Shown here piece by piece: positions 50,083 to 60,976 of a stretch of DNA of 64,000 bases. How positions within the stretch are numbered: position 1 is the stretch's first letter; the number at the start of each line of letters is the position of its first letter. The position numbers and the translations under genes are program-made. The notes under the pieces were generated by a model. That model ran no database searches. It was not told the DNA's origin and saw only the letters and a program-made list of their open reading frames with translations. The stretch covers positions 19,449 through 83,448 of the forward strand of contig CACBOY010000005.1 in NCBI GenBank assembly GCA_902540995.1. The letters are read 5' to 3'. This stretch comes from an uncultured SAR86 cluster bacterium. Lineage in GTDB: Bacteria > Pseudomonadota > Gammaproteobacteria > Magnimaribacterales > AG-339-G14.

Positions 50083-51210
50083 ATGAATATTTTTTTCCCA
50101 AAAGAACCTGAATCTGAGACCAGAGTTTCTTTGACCTTGGAATCTGCTAAGAAATTCTTGGATAAAGGCTTTAATATTTCAATAGAAAAATCTTTCGCTG
50201 AGCACCTGGGAAGCAGTGATAAAGATTTCGAAGACCTTGGCGTGAAAACATTAAACCGCGATGAAGGTTTAGCTTCATCTGAAATAGTTTGCAGCGTTAG
50301 AAATTTAACTGAAAATGAATTGGATAAAATTAATGAGAGTACCTTGTTGGTAAGTTTTCTTGACCCCTTTAATGAAAAATCTCTTGTTAAAAAAATAAGA
50401 GAAAAAAATATATCAGCTATCAGTATGGAACTTGTTCCAAGAATCACCAGAGCTCAAAAGATGGACGCCTTAAGTTCACAAGCAAATTTGGCTGGATACT
50501 CTGCAGTCATAATTGCCTCTCAAGAACTTCAGAAAGCGTTACCTATGATGATGACTGCTGCAGGTACGATCTCTCCTTCAAAAGTATTTGTCATTGGTGT
50601 AGGAGTAGCTGGACTACAAGCAATAGCAACGGCGAAAAGGTTAGGTGCAAAGGTAGAAGCTTTTGACACTCGGCCCGTCGTAGAAGAACAAGTTAAGTCT
50701 TTGGGAGCTCGTTTTGTAAAGATTGATATTGGAGAAACAGGAGAAACTGAACAGGGATATGCAAAAGAATTAACTCCAGAACAAATAGAAATGCAAAGAG
50801 AAGGGATGAAAAAAGTTTGCGCTTCCTCTGACATTGTAATCACCACAGCACAGGTCTTTGGAAGACCGGCTCCCACACTTGTCACAAGTGAAATGGTTTC
50901 CGCTATGAGTCAAGGTTCAGTAATTGTGGATATGGCAGTAGGAACAGGAGGAAATGTCGAAGGATCTGTTCCAAATGAAATCATTGATCTAAATGGCGTG
51001 AAAATAGTTGGTAATACCAACCTCCCCGGCGAACTTCCCTATCACTCAAGCCAAGTTTACTCTTCCAATATATTTAATTTAATAGACGAGTTTTGGAATG
51101 AAGAAGAGAAACAATTAAATCTTGATATTACAGACGATATTTTATCAATTTGTCTTGTATCTCATGAAAAAGAATACATAAACAAAACTATAAAGGAGAT
51201 AATGAATTAA
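50083..51210 (+). CDS. pntAA: NAD(P) transhydrogenase alpha subunit, part 1 (dI)
   Basis: PRITRAQKMDALSSQ, GVGVAGLQA, GYAKE, DMAV..GGN. Confidence 0.93.
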   Translation: MNIFFPKEPESETRVSLTLESAKKFLDKGFNISIEKSFAEHLGSSDKDFEDLGVKTLNRDEGLASSEIVCSVRNLTENELDKINESTLLVSFLDPFNEKSLVKKIREKNISAISMELVPRITRAQKMDALSSQANLAGYSAVIIASQELQKALPMMMTAAGTISPSKVFVIGVGVAGLQAIATAKRLGAKVEAFDTRPVVEEQVKSLGARFVKIDIGETGETEQGYAKELTPEQIEMQREGMKKVCASSDIVITTAQVFGRPAPTLVTSEMVSAMSQGSVIVDMAVGTGGNVEGSVPNEIIDLNGVKIVGNTNLPGELPYHSSQVYSSNIFNLIDEFWNEEEKQLNLDITDDILSICLVSHEKEYINKTIKEIMN

Positions 51211-51498
51211 ATGGAATCCCAAGCTTTACTAGTTTTGCTTTTATTTGTTCTTGTGCTCTCAATATTCTTGGGTTTTGAACTAATTAATAAAGTGCCATCA
51301 ACATTACATACCCCTTTGATGTCAGGTGCTAACGCTATATCAGGAATTACTATTGTTGGAGCTCTTTTAGCTTCAGGAGGAGAGGGTACTTTTTCATCGA
51401 TATTAGTCGGTACTTTTGCAGTTTTCTTTGCCTCTATTAACGTAGTTGGGGGTTATTTGGTAACCAATAGAATGTTAAAAATGTTTAAGAAAAAATGA
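51211..51498 (+). CDS. pntAB: NAD(P) transhydrogenase alpha subunit, part 2
   Basis: VPSTLHTPLMSGANAISG, INVVGGY..T.RML.MF. Confidence 0.93.
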   Translation: MESQALLVLLLFVLVLSIFLGFELINKVPSTLHTPLMSGANAISGITIVGALLASGGEGTFSSILVGTFAVFFASINVVGGYLVTNRMLKMFKKK

Positions 51499-52898
51499 TC
51501 GTTTTTTTTCAATCTTCAATTTTCGTAAATCTAGCTTACATATTTGCTTCTATTCTGTTTATTTTTGGTTTGAAAATGCTGAGCTCACCGGAGACAGCTC
51601 AAAGAGGAAATCTTGTTTCTGCATCAGGAATGTTGATTGCAATCCTAGTTACTCTAGCTCAAAACGAAATTATTGCTTATGAGTATCTATTAGTTGCTCT
51701 TATTGGCGGTTTGATTGTTGGAGTATCGGCTGCCTCTCTCGTCAAAATGACTTCAATGCCGGAATTAGTCGCTTTGTTTAATGGTTTTGGAGGAATTGCA
51801 AGCTTACTAGTTGGTGTTGCTGAATTCATTAATCCTTCCAGCTCGACTCTTATTCAGATAATTGCAATTTCTTTTACTGTTTTAATAGGTGGAATTACAT
51901 TTTCAGGAAGTCTTGTAGCTTTTGGGAAGTTATCCGAAATTATTTCTGGTAAGCCTCTTATCCTATTTGGTCAAAGATTTGTTTTATCAGCTTTATTATT
52001 ATTTGCTTTGCTCTTAGTTTTTGAATTAATCGTATCAACTGGCTTATTTAACATTTCATCTCAAACTATTCTCTTTATTCTCATCGGTGTGACTTTAGTA
52101 TTGGGCGTGCTTTTAACGGCTCCAATCGGCGGAGCCGACATGCCAGTAGTCATCGCCTTGTTAAACAGTTACTCCGGTCTTGCAGCATCCTCAGCAGGTT
52201 TTGTGATTAATAATAATGTACTAATAGTCGCTGGTGCTTTAGTTGGAGCAAGTGGACTTATTCTTACAAACATAATGTGTAAGGCAATGAATAGGTCATT
52301 ATCAAACGTTTTATTTGGCGGTTTTGGAGCAGCTACTTCTTCCTCAGAAGGAGGCGGACAAATTCAAGGAGAGGTTAAACCTATTTCCGCAGAGGATGCC
52401 TATCTTATTTTAGAAGCTGCAAATTCTGTTTTAGTGGTTCCCGGCTATGGAATGGCAGTGTCTCAAGCGCAACATGTTGTCAGGGAATTAGGCGAACTTC
52501 TAGAGGATAATGGTTGTGAGGTCAAATACGCCATTCACCCTGTGGCTGGCAGAATGCCTGGACATATGAATGTTCTTCTTGCAGAGGCTAATGTTTCTTA
52601 TGATGTTTTAGCTGAACCAGATGACGTTAACCCTTTGATGGATACCGTTGATGTCTGTATTGTCATAGGGGCAAATGATGTTGTAAATCCCGATGCAAGA
52701 GAAAACGAAGGAAGTCCTATATACGGGATGCCAGTTATTGAAGTCGACAGAGCAAAGACGGTATTTATTTTAAAAAGAAGTATGGCTGTAGGTTTTGCAG
52801 GCATAGATAACCCTCTTTTCCTCAAAGAAAACTCAAGAATGTTGTTTGGTGATGCTAAAGAATCCATTTCAACTTTAGTCTCTGAATTCAAGACTTAA
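51495..52898 (+). CDS. pntB: NAD(P) transhydrogenase beta subunit
   Basis: IGGADMPVV, AMNRS, PGYGMA, HPVAGRMPGHMNVLLAEA, GANDVVNP. Confidence 0.96.
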   Translation: MIVFFQSSIFVNLAYIFASILFIFGLKMLSSPETAQRGNLVSASGMLIAILVTLAQNEIIAYEYLLVALIGGLIVGVSAASLVKMTSMPELVALFNGFGGIASLLVGVAEFINPSSSTLIQIIAISFTVLIGGITFSGSLVAFGKLSEIISGKPLILFGQRFVLSALLLFALLLVFELIVSTGLFNISSQTILFILIGVTLVLGVLLTAPIGGADMPVVIALLNSYSGLAASSAGFVINNNVLIVAGALVGASGLILTNIMCKAMNRSLSNVLFGGFGAATSSSEGGGQIQGEVKPISAEDAYLILEAANSVLVVPGYGMAVSQAQHVVRELGELLEDNGCEVKYAIHPVAGRMPGHMNVLLAEANVSYDVLAEPDDVNPLMDTVDVCIVIGANDVVNPDARENEGSPIYGMPVIEVDRAKTVFILKRSMAVGFAGIDNPLFLKENSRMLFGDAKESISTLVSEFKT

Positions 52899-53005
52899 AG
52901 CTCTATTTTTAAGAGCTAAAACACCCATAAAATGTTAAAATATTGGCATTAAATGAGCCACTATTTTTACTATAAATTTCATTAGTTTTTCATTAATTTT
53001 TCTCT

Positions 53006-55528
53006 ATGGATGACATAACAGAAGATGTAATTCCCGTTAATATTACGGACGAATTAAAGAGTTCTTATATGGATTATGCAATGAGTGTAATTGTAGGAAG
53101 AGCTTTGCCTGATGCCAGGGATGGTTTAAAACCTGTTCACAGAAGAACTCTCTACGCCATGTTCAGACTCAATAATGAATGGAATAGACCTCACTTGAAA
53201 TCAGCAAGAATTGTTGGTGAGGTGATGGGTAAATATCATCCTCATGGAGATTCAGCAATCTATCAAACAGTTGTCAGAATGGCTCAAGAATTTAGCCTAC
53301 GCTACCCTCTAGTCGACGGCCAAGGAAATTTTGGTTCTATGGACGGAGATGGTGCTGCAGCCATGAGATATACCGAAGCCCGAATGGCAAAAATTAGCAA
53401 CGCTCTTCTAAACGATATAAACAAAGAAACAGTTGATTATGTTGAGAATTACGACGGTACAGAACTAATTCCAGAGGTACTTCCTGCATCATATCCCAAT
53501 TTATTGGTTAACGGGTCTTCTGGTATAGCTGTAGGATTAGCCACTAATATTCTTCCCCATAATTTGAGTGAAACAATTGATGGATCTTTGGCAATTTTAA
53601 AAAATCCAGAAATATCTATCGATGAATTAGTAACTATAATTCCTGGACCTGACTTTCCAACAGGAGGAATTATAAATGGAAAGGCGGGCGCTATTGAAGC
53701 TGCTAAGACTGGAAGAGGAAAAGTTGTTCTGAGAGCCAAAGTAGAAATTGAAAATGAGAAAAATGAAAAAAGTAGATTAATCATTTCTGAAATTCCTTAT
53801 CAAGTAAATAAGGCCAACTTGGTAGAAAAAATTGCAGACCTCTCAAAAGACAAAAAAATTGATGGTATATCTGAAATTCGAGATGAATCAGACAGAGAAG
53901 GGGTAAGAATAGTTATAGATCTCAAAGCAGGTCAAAATCCCGAAGTAATTTTGAATAATTTATATGCTCAGTCTCAGCTAGAAACCTCTTTCGGCATAAA
54001 TAATGTTGCAATCGTTGACCGAGTTCCAAAAGTTTTAAATTTAAAGGAGCTCCTTGAAATATTCTTAAGTCACAGACGGTCTGTTGTTTCAAGAAGAACA
54101 GCTTTTGACTTAGCTAAGTCAAAAGATAGGGGTCACATTTTAGAGGGTCTAACAATTGCTCTTTCAAACATTGATCCAATAATTGATTTAATAAAAAAAT
54201 CTAAAGATCCTAATGAAGCTAAACGCAAACTACTAGCAAAAAAATGGAAATCCACATTAATAAATAACTTATTAAAAAAAGCGGGTTCAATTGATACTCG
54301 TCCTGAGGATATATTTGAAGAATTTGGTCTTTCTGGTTCCAGTTACAAACTTTCTTCAAAACAAGCTCAAGCTATTCTTGATTTAAGACTGCAAAGACTT
54401 ACAGGTTTAGAGCAAGATAATTTAATTAAAGAGTATGAAGAGGTTCTAAAAGACATAGCCGCCTTAAATGAAATTCTAGAAAATCCAGATAGGTTACAAG
54501 AAGTAATTGAAGAAGAATTGTTATCCGTTAAGGAGGAATTTGGCGATGAAAGAAAAACTCCTATTGAAGATAAATTAGATCTTTCCACGGAAGATTTAAT
54601 CAAACCTGAAGATATGGTTGTTACTATTTCGAATATGGGTTATGCAAAAACTCAACCTCTTGAGGTATATCAATCTCAAAGAAGAGGAGGCATGGGCAAA
54701 ACAGCTGCTTCAGTTAAAGATGAGGATTTTGTCGAACAATTAATAGTTGCTAATACTCATAGAACTCTTTTATGTTTTTCAAATTTAGGAAAAGTTTACT
54801 GGCTTAAAGTTTATGAAATTCCTCAAGCCTCTAGAACAGCAAAAGGAAGACCACTTGTAAATTTAATTGATTTAGATGAATCGGAAAGAGTTACTAGTCT
54901 CTTAGATGTAGAATCCTTCGAGGGTGAAGCCTATGTATTCATGGCTACCCAAAATGGGATAGTTAAGAAAACTCCTTTATCGGAATTTAAGAAGCCCAGA
55001 AAGAATGGTAAACGGGCAATAAAACTTGATGATAATGATGAGCTTGTCGGCACTCTTTTGACTGATGGTAGCGCTGATTTGATGGTTGTTTCTAATGCAG
55101 GAAAGGCAGTATTTTTTAACGAAGTAGATGCTAGATCTATGGGTAGAGACACTCGAGGCGTCAAAGGCATTACTCTAGAAGGAGATCAAAAAGTAATCTC
55201 TTTATTAAAACCTTCTAAAGAATCTGAGATATTAACAGTTTCAGAAAATGGGTATGGGAAAAGATCAAAAGTTAATGATTTTAGAAAAACCAAAAGAGGA
55301 GCTAAAGGCGTTATAGCCATGCAGACTTCTGAAAGAAATGGAGGCTTAATTTCTGCTAAGGAAGTAAGCGAAATGGATGAAGTTATTCTTATCACTAACA
55401 AAGGGATGCTTGTAAGAACAAAAGTTTCAGAAATTAGTTTAATCGGAAGAAATACTCAAGGAGTTAGAGTGATCAAGCTGAAAGAGGATGAGGCTCTTAA
55501 CGGACTTGCATTAGCTATTGATTCGTAA
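53006..55528 (+). CDS. gyrA: DNA gyrase subunit A
   Basis: [15 protein letters not shown] (catalytic Tyr), GyrA-box QRRGGMG, C-terminal beta-pinwheel. Confidence 0.97.
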   Translation: MDDITEDVIPVNITDELKSSYMDYAMSVIVGRALPDARDGLKPVHRRTLYAMFRLNNEWNRPHLKSARIVGEVMGKYHPHGDSAIYQTVVRMAQEFSLRYPLVDGQGNFGSMDGDGAAAMRYTEARMAKISNALLNDINKETVDYVENYDGTELIPEVLPASYPNLLVNGSSGIAVGLATNILPHNLSETIDGSLAILKNPEISIDELVTIIPGPDFPTGGIINGKAGAIEAAKTGRGKVVLRAKVEIENEKNEKSRLIISEIPYQVNKANLVEKIADLSKDKKIDGISEIRDESDREGVRIVIDLKAGQNPEVILNNLYAQSQLETSFGINNVAIVDRVPKVLNLKELLEIFLSHRRSVVSRRTAFDLAKSKDRGHILEGLTIALSNIDPIIDLIKKSKDPNEAKRKLLAKKWKSTLINNLLKKAGSIDTRPEDIFEEFGLSGSSYKLSSKQAQAILDLRLQRLTGLEQDNLIKEYEEVLKDIAALNEILENPDRLQEVIEEELLSVKEEFGDERKTPIEDKLDLSTEDLIKPEDMVVTISNMGYAKTQPLEVYQSQRRGGMGKTAASVKDEDFVEQLIVANTHRTLLCFSNLGKVYWLKVYEIPQASRTAKGRPLVNLIDLDESERVTSLLDVESFEGEAYVFMATQNGIVKKTPLSEFKKPRKNGKRAIKLDDNDELVGTLLTDGSADLMVVSNAGKAVFFNEVDARSMGRDTRGVKGITLEGDQKVISLLKPSKESEILTVSENGYGKRSKVNDFRKTKRGAKGVIAMQTSERNGGLISAKEVSEMDEVILITNKGMLVRTKVSEISLIGRNTQGVRVIKLKEDEALNGLALAIDS

Positions 55529-55539
55529 ATAATTTAATT

Positions 55540-56622
55540 ATGTCTAGAAATTACAACTTTTGTGCTGGACCTGCAGCACTTCCAAATGAAGTTTTGGATC
55601 AACTTAAAGCGGAAATACCTGATTGGCAAGGAAAGGGTTTATCCGTTATGGAAATGAGCCATAGAAGTAAAGAGTTTGTCGAGATCGCTGAAACTGCAAA
55701 ACAGGATTTCATCGATTTATTGGAAATAAATGATGACTACGACGTTCTTTTCATACAGGGAGGTGCTTCTCTGCAATTTTCAATGATTCCAATGAATTTC
55801 TTAGAGAATAATCAAGCTTTATGCAGTTATCTCGATGTTGGGCAGTGGTCTAAGAAAGCAATTAAAGAAGCAAAGAAATTTGGACAAGTAGAAATTTCTG
55901 CTTCTTCAGCCGATTTATCTTACAAAAAATACCCAAAACCTGATACTTGGAAAATCCATCCTGATTCTATTTTCACTCATCTTGTATTGAACGAAACGAT
56001 CGATGGAGTTTGTCTAAGGAACTTAGATAATCTTCCGAAGAAAAGTCTTATTGCAGATTGCTCTTCTTGTATTCTTTCTGAGCCTCTTGATGTTACAAAA
56101 TTCAGTATGCTATACGCGGGGGCTCAAAAAAATATTGGTCCTTCTGGACTGGCCATTATTGTTATAAAAAAAGACCTTCTGAAGGAAAAAGATAGTCTTC
56201 CAGCTATGATGCAATATAAGACTTATGCTGATTCTGATTCAATGTATAACACCCCGCCTACATTTGCCTGGTACTTATCGGGCATGGTTTTTAAATGGCT
56301 AAAAAAGAATGGGGGTCTTTCGAACCAAAAGAATGTTAATCAGTCAAAAGCTAACAAACTTTACTCTTACATCGACCAAAGCGATTTTTATAGAAATGAT
56401 GTTGATAAAGAATCTAGATCTATAATGAATGTTCCATTTCTTTTGAGAGATGATTCTTTAAACAATAAATTCTTAGATGAGTCTGAAGGAAATGGATTAT
56501 TAAATCTTGCTGGTCACAGGTCTGTTGGTGGTATGAGAGCGAGTATTTACAATGGAGTTCCGGAAGAGGGAGTAGATGCTTTAATACATTTTATGAAAGA
56601 ATTTGAAAAAAATAATGGCTGA
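55540..56622 (+). CDS. serC: Phosphoserine aminotransferase
   Basis: NFCAGPA, EMSHRS, AGAQKNIG, NTPP, GHRSVGGMRASIYN. Confidence 0.97.
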   Translation: MSRNYNFCAGPAALPNEVLDQLKAEIPDWQGKGLSVMEMSHRSKEFVEIAETAKQDFIDLLEINDDYDVLFIQGGASLQFSMIPMNFLENNQALCSYLDVGQWSKKAIKEAKKFGQVEISASSADLSYKKYPKPDTWKIHPDSIFTHLVLNETIDGVCLRNLDNLPKKSLIADCSSCILSEPLDVTKFSMLYAGAQKNIGPSGLAIIVIKKDLLKEKDSLPAMMQYKTYADSDSMYNTPPTFAWYLSGMVFKWLKKNGGLSNQKNVNQSKANKLYSYIDQSDFYRNDVDKESRSIMNVPFLLRDDSLNNKFLDESEGNGLLNLAGHRSVGGMRASIYNGVPEEGVDALIHFMKEFEKNNG

Positions 56623-57703
56623 AAAAAACCTACCAAAAGATCTAACTGACAATAGAAAAGAAATTGATCAAATTGACCAAAAACTTCTAAACCTCATCCA
56701 CGAGAGATCCAAGCTTGTTATAAATGCTGGAAAAATAAAAAAGAAATCAGGCGATAAAACATTCTACAGGCCTGACAGAGAAGCAAGTTTAATTAAGACT
56801 CTACAAAAGAAAAACAAAAGCTCCATTCCCGCTGAAAATATTAAATTCATTTTCAAAGAAATTATTTCAGCATGTTTTACTCTTGAAAAAAAAATAAATG
56901 TTTATTATCTGGGTCCTAAAGGTACTTTTTCAGAAATTGCAACAACAATGCATTTTGGAAGCTCTGTTGAAAAGGTAGAAACAGAAAATATAGGAGATAT
57001 TTTTAAAGAAGTAGCCAAAAATAAAAATTCCTACGGGATATTACCTTTTGAAAATTCAATAGAAGGTATGGTGAATCAATCTTTAGATAATCTCATAGAA
57101 AATAATTTAAAAATTTGTTCAGAATTGGAATTACCTATAGAGCACTGTCTTATTTCATCCGAAAAAAATATAAATAAACTAAATACCATTTATGGACATC
57201 CTCAAGCTCTTGCACAATGTCGTAACTGGCTAAGTAAAAATCTTCCAAGAGCTAAAATTCTCGAAACTGAGAGTTCTGCAAAAGCAGCCCAGCTGATTAA
57301 GAATAAATCAGGAAAAGGCTCTATAGGACCAAAACAAATATCCGAGATATATTCGTTAAATTTATTGAAAGAAAAAATTCAAGATCAAATAACCAATACA
57401 ACTAGGTTCTTAGTGATTGGAAATGAATTTCCAGGAAAAACCTCTGATGATAAAACGTCAATAAGTTTAAGTTTAAAAAATGAACAAGGAGCCTTGTTAA
57501 AAGTTTTACAAATAGTAAATAAGAATAAAATCAATCTTACAAATATTTTATCCAGACCGGTCAAGAAAAATAAGTGGCAATATTCTTTCTTTTTAGAATT
57601 CTCAGGACATGCTTCAGATAAGAATGTTTCAAAATTATTCAAAGAACTTCAAAAAGTTAGTTATGACCTAAAAGTCTTAGGTTCCTATCCAGCAGCATAT
57701 TAA
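56615..57703 (+). CDS. pheA: Chorismate mutase/prephenate dehydratase
   Basis: RKEIDQID, RPDRE, LGPKGTFS, ENSIEG, HPQALAQC, NTTRF, LGSYP; start moved to ATG 56615. Confidence 0.94.
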   Translation: MAEKNLPKDLTDNRKEIDQIDQKLLNLIHERSKLVINAGKIKKKSGDKTFYRPDREASLIKTLQKKNKSSIPAENIKFIFKEIISACFTLEKKINVYYLGPKGTFSEIATTMHFGSSVEKVETENIGDIFKEVAKNKNSYGILPFENSIEGMVNQSLDNLIENNLKICSELELPIEHCLISSEKNINKLNTIYGHPQALAQCRNWLSKNLPRAKILETESSAKAAQLIKNKSGKGSIGPKQISEIYSLNLLKEKIQDQITNTTRFLVIGNEFPGKTSDDKTSISLSLKNEQGALLKVLQIVNKNKINLTNILSRPVKKNKWQYSFFLEFSGHASDKNVSKLFKELQKVSYDLKVLGSYPAAY

Positions 57704-57706
57704 TCC

Positions 57707-58834
57707 ATGAAAAATTCTTTTTTAGAAAATCTAAATCAAGGTGTTCTTGGACTAAAACCCTATGAACCAGGATTGCCATTAGAACATACTCAAAAAAAAT
57801 TAGGTCTAGAAAAAATGATCAAATTGGCGAGCAATGAGAATCCTTTGGGACCTAGCCCAAAAGCTTTGGATTTGCTTCAGGGGAAAATGAATAGCTTTTC
57901 ATCCGAATTAAACAGATATCCTGATGGAAATGCTTATGAATTGAAAGAAGCAATATCAAAAAAATACAATGTGGATCCAAAGCAAATAACAATAGGTAAT
58001 GGCTCTAATGATTTAATTGAGTTCGTTTCAAGATGTTTTTTGGGAGAAGGAAAAAAAGCAATTTATTCGCAACATGGTTTTGCCATCTACCCACTAGCTA
58101 TAAAAGCAACAGGAGCTCTTCCAGTGAAATCAAAAGCAAAAAATTGGGGTCATGATTTAGAATTAATGTCCGATTTAACAGATGATAAGACAAAAGTAAT
58201 TTTTATAGCCTCCCCAAATAATCCAACTGGAACAGCAAAAACTCTCAAAGAAATTCAAATTTTTTTGAATAATTTGAAGGATGATATCTTGGTCTTTCTT
58301 GATCAAGCTTATTATGAGTACATAGAAGGCTCAGAGTTTGATATTCCTTTTTCATTAATTGATGATCATCCTAATTTAGTCATTTCACGAAGCTTCTCTA
58401 AAGCACATGGATTAGCAGCATTAAGATTGGGTTTTTGCGTTTCAAATCCTGAGTTGTCTGACTATCTTAATAGAGTCAGACAGCCTTTTAACGCAAACTC
58501 TCTCGCCTTAGATTTAGGGAAAGTTGCTCTTTCTGATCAAGAACACATTAGCAAATCAGTACAAATTAATTCTTCTGGTATGGAACGAGTAAAAAAAGCT
58601 TTCGCTAATCTTGATTACAACTTCATCGAATCTTGGGGAAATTTTATTTCTTTTGATGCCAAACAAGACTCTGATGTTGCTTTTCAATACTTTTTAGAAA
58701 AGGGAGTTATCCTACGATCCTTAAAAGTATATGAAATGCCTCATCACTTGAGAGTTTCTATTGGGACAGAAGAAGAGATGGATTTTTTTCTTCAGGTATT
58801 AGAGGACTATGAAAAAGACCTTTCTAAAAAATAA
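57707..58834 (+). CDS. hisC: Histidinol-phosphate aminotransferase
   Basis: KLASNENP, YPD, PNNPTG, DQAY, SFSKAHGLAALRLG. Confidence 0.93.
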   Translation: MKNSFLENLNQGVLGLKPYEPGLPLEHTQKKLGLEKMIKLASNENPLGPSPKALDLLQGKMNSFSSELNRYPDGNAYELKEAISKKYNVDPKQITIGNGSNDLIEFVSRCFLGEGKKAIYSQHGFAIYPLAIKATGALPVKSKAKNWGHDLELMSDLTDDKTKVIFIASPNNPTGTAKTLKEIQIFLNNLKDDILVFLDQAYYEYIEGSEFDIPFSLIDDHPNLVISRSFSKAHGLAALRLGFCVSNPELSDYLNRVRQPFNANSLALDLGKVALSDQEHISKSVQINSSGMERVKKAFANLDYNFIESWGNFISFDAKQDSDVAFQYFLEKGVILRSLKVYEMPHHLRVSIGTEEEMDFFLQVLEDYEKDLSKK

Positions 58835-59672
58835 AAAAAACATCCAGTTTTTAATTATTGGTCTTGGTTTAATTGGGGGCTCAATAGCAAAAAGACTTTC
58901 AAAAAAAGGGTTCGAGGTTTTAGCTATTGATAAGAATAAGTCCCATTTAAAATATGCAAAAAAATCAAAAATTATTGTTGGTAGTTCAGAAAAAACCGAT
59001 TGTGAAAAAAAGCTTTTTGTAATTATTGCTTTACCACCTAAGGTTCTTCTTAGTAACTTTGACAGATATCTGGATTTTTTTCACATAGCTGAATTTATTA
59101 CTGACTGCACAAGCGTAAAAGGTTCTTTGTTGAATAAAATTATAAAGAACAAACTTGAATCAAAATTCATTTTATCCCATCCCATTGCTGGATCTGAAAA
59201 AAGCGGATTTTTAAATTCAAATGAAGATTTATTTGTAGATAAAATTTCGATAATTTCCAAGCATAAAGGATTAGCAATTTCTACTTTACAAAAATGCAAA
59301 GAACTTTGGTTTGAGCTGGGGTCTAAAACTCATAATTTAGAGCCAAAATTACATGACAAGATTTTCTCCTTAACAAGTCATCTTCCCCATGTTGTGGCTT
59401 TTAGCTTGATTTCTTTGTTCTCTAAAAGAAAAACATCTGAGTATAAAAAATTTATTGGAGGCGGCTTAAAAGATTTCACTAGAATCGCAGAAAGCGATCC
59501 AGTGATGTGGGAAAATATTTTTTCCCTAAATAAAAACAATTTATTAAGAGATATAACTGAAATTGAAAAAGAAATTAATAAAATTAAAACATTCATTCTT
59601 CAAGACAACGGAAGTAAATTAGTAGGGCACTTAAAAAAAATTAAAAAGACTAAAGAATCTTTTAACAAATGA
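58809..59672 (+). CDS. tyrA: Prephenate/arogenate dehydrogenase
   Basis: GLGLIGGS, DCTSVK, HPIAGSE, HD..SHLPH, DFTRIA. Confidence 0.9.
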   Translation: MKKTFLKNKKNIQFLIIGLGLIGGSIAKRLSKKGFEVLAIDKNKSHLKYAKKSKIIVGSSEKTDCEKKLFVIIALPPKVLLSNFDRYLDFFHIAEFITDCTSVKGSLLNKIIKNKLESKFILSHPIAGSEKSGFLNSNEDLFVDKISIISKHKGLAISTLQKCKELWFELGSKTHNLEPKLHDKIFSLTSHLPHVVAFSLISLFSKRKTSEYKKFIGGGLKDFTRIAESDPVMWENIFSLNKNNLLRDITEIEKEINKIKTFILQDNGSKLVGHLKKIKKTKESFNK

Positions 59673-60976
59673 AACTTATTTCTAAATTTTCCGAAGGCCT
59701 TCATGGAGAAATAAAAATTCCAGGAGATAAATCTATATCTCACAGAGCGTTGATGTGCTCTTCAATTTCAGACGGCACTTCAAAAATTTCAAATCTTCAA
59801 GAAAGTGAAGATGTAATAAATACTCTTAAATCCCTTAAACAACTTGGTATAAAAATCATTAAGGAAAAAGAGTCTTATTATATAGAAGGCAAGGGATTCA
59901 GAGGATTAAAAGCGTCTGAAAACCAACTTTATTTTGGAAATTCTGGAACAGGAATAAGACTGATGTCTGGATTATTGTCAATACAGAATTTTTCATCGAG
60001 TCTTATCGGAGACGAATCTCTCTCCAAAAGACCAATGAAAAGAATAATAGAACCCTTATCAAATATGGGAGCGAACATATCTGGCACAAAGGATAACACT
60101 CTTCCTTTGATAATAACTCCCTCTAAGAAAATAAATGGAATAAATTACAAAATGCCAGTAGCAAGTGCCCAAGTAAAGTCTGCAATTTTATTTGCTAGCC
60201 TAGGCGCAAATGGAGATACGAAAATTATAGAAAAATCCATATCGAGAGATCATACTGAAAGAATGTTTGAATATTTTGGAGCAAACATATCTTTTTCTGA
60301 AGCAGAAACAACATTAAAAGAAACTGATAAATTTACTTCCCAAAATATAGAAATACCCGGAGACTTTTCTTCTTCTGCATTCTTTATTGTCGCAGCTTTA
60401 ATCTCAAAAAATTCTGATATTACTCTCAAGGAAGTTGGTATGAATCCCTCCCGAATTGCACTTTTGAATAAATTGATGGAAATGGGAGGGAATATCCAAG
60501 TATTTAATCACTCGTCATTTGGGAAGGAACCCATTGCAGATTTAAATATAAAAAGTTCTGTTCTAAATCCCTGTGAAGTGACACCAGGTGATGTACCAAA
60601 TTTAATTGATGAACTCCCGATATTATTTATTGCTAGTTGTTTTGCAGAAGGTACTTCAAGTTTCATAGATATAGAAGAATTAAAACATAAAGAAAGCGAT
60701 AGGCTAAAAGCTATGCAAGATGGCCTAGATAAAATGAAGATAAAAAATTTTTTGGATGGCAATGTTTTTTGTATAGAAGGTATGGGCAAAGACTACAAAT
60801 CACCATATTTTTTAGCTGAGACTGACTTTGATCATAGAATTGCCATGTCTTTTGCTATAGCTGGCTTGAATAGCGATTCTTCTATTGAAATCGCTTCACC
60901 TGAATGCATTAATACGTCTTTTCCAGAGTTTATTGAACTGGGTAAAAAGCTTGGATGTAATTTTGAAATTAGTTAA
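59669..60976 (+). CDS. aroA: EPSP synthase (class II)
   Basis: PGDKSISHR, GNSGT, SAQVKS, RDHTE, KESDR, DHRIAMS. Confidence 0.96.
   Translation: MKLISKFSEGLHGEIKIPGDKSISHRALMCSSISDGTSKISNLQESEDVINTLKSLKQLGIKIIKEKESYYIEGKGFRGLKASENQLYFGNSGTGIRLMSGLLSIQNFSSSLIGDESLSKRPMKRIIEPLSNMGANISGTKDNTLPLIITPSKKINGINYKMPVASAQVKSAILFASLGANGDTKIIEKSISRDHTERMFEYFGANISFSEAETTLKETDKFTSQNIEIPGDFSSSAFFIVAALISKNSDITLKEVGMNPSRIALLNKLMEMGGNIQVFNHSSFGKEPIADLNIKSSVLNPCEVTPGDVPNLIDELPILFIASCFAEGTSSFIDIEELKHKESDRLKAMQDGLDKMKIKNFLDGNVFCIEGMGKDYKSPYFLAETDFDHRIAMSFAIAGLNSDSSIEIASPECINTSFPEFIELGKKLGCNFEIS

Noticed and set aside
52899-52917. Hairpin AGCTCT-N7-AGAGCT after pntB as a terminator
   Set aside because: Only a 6-bp stem with no U-tract on the plus strand; too weak to call.
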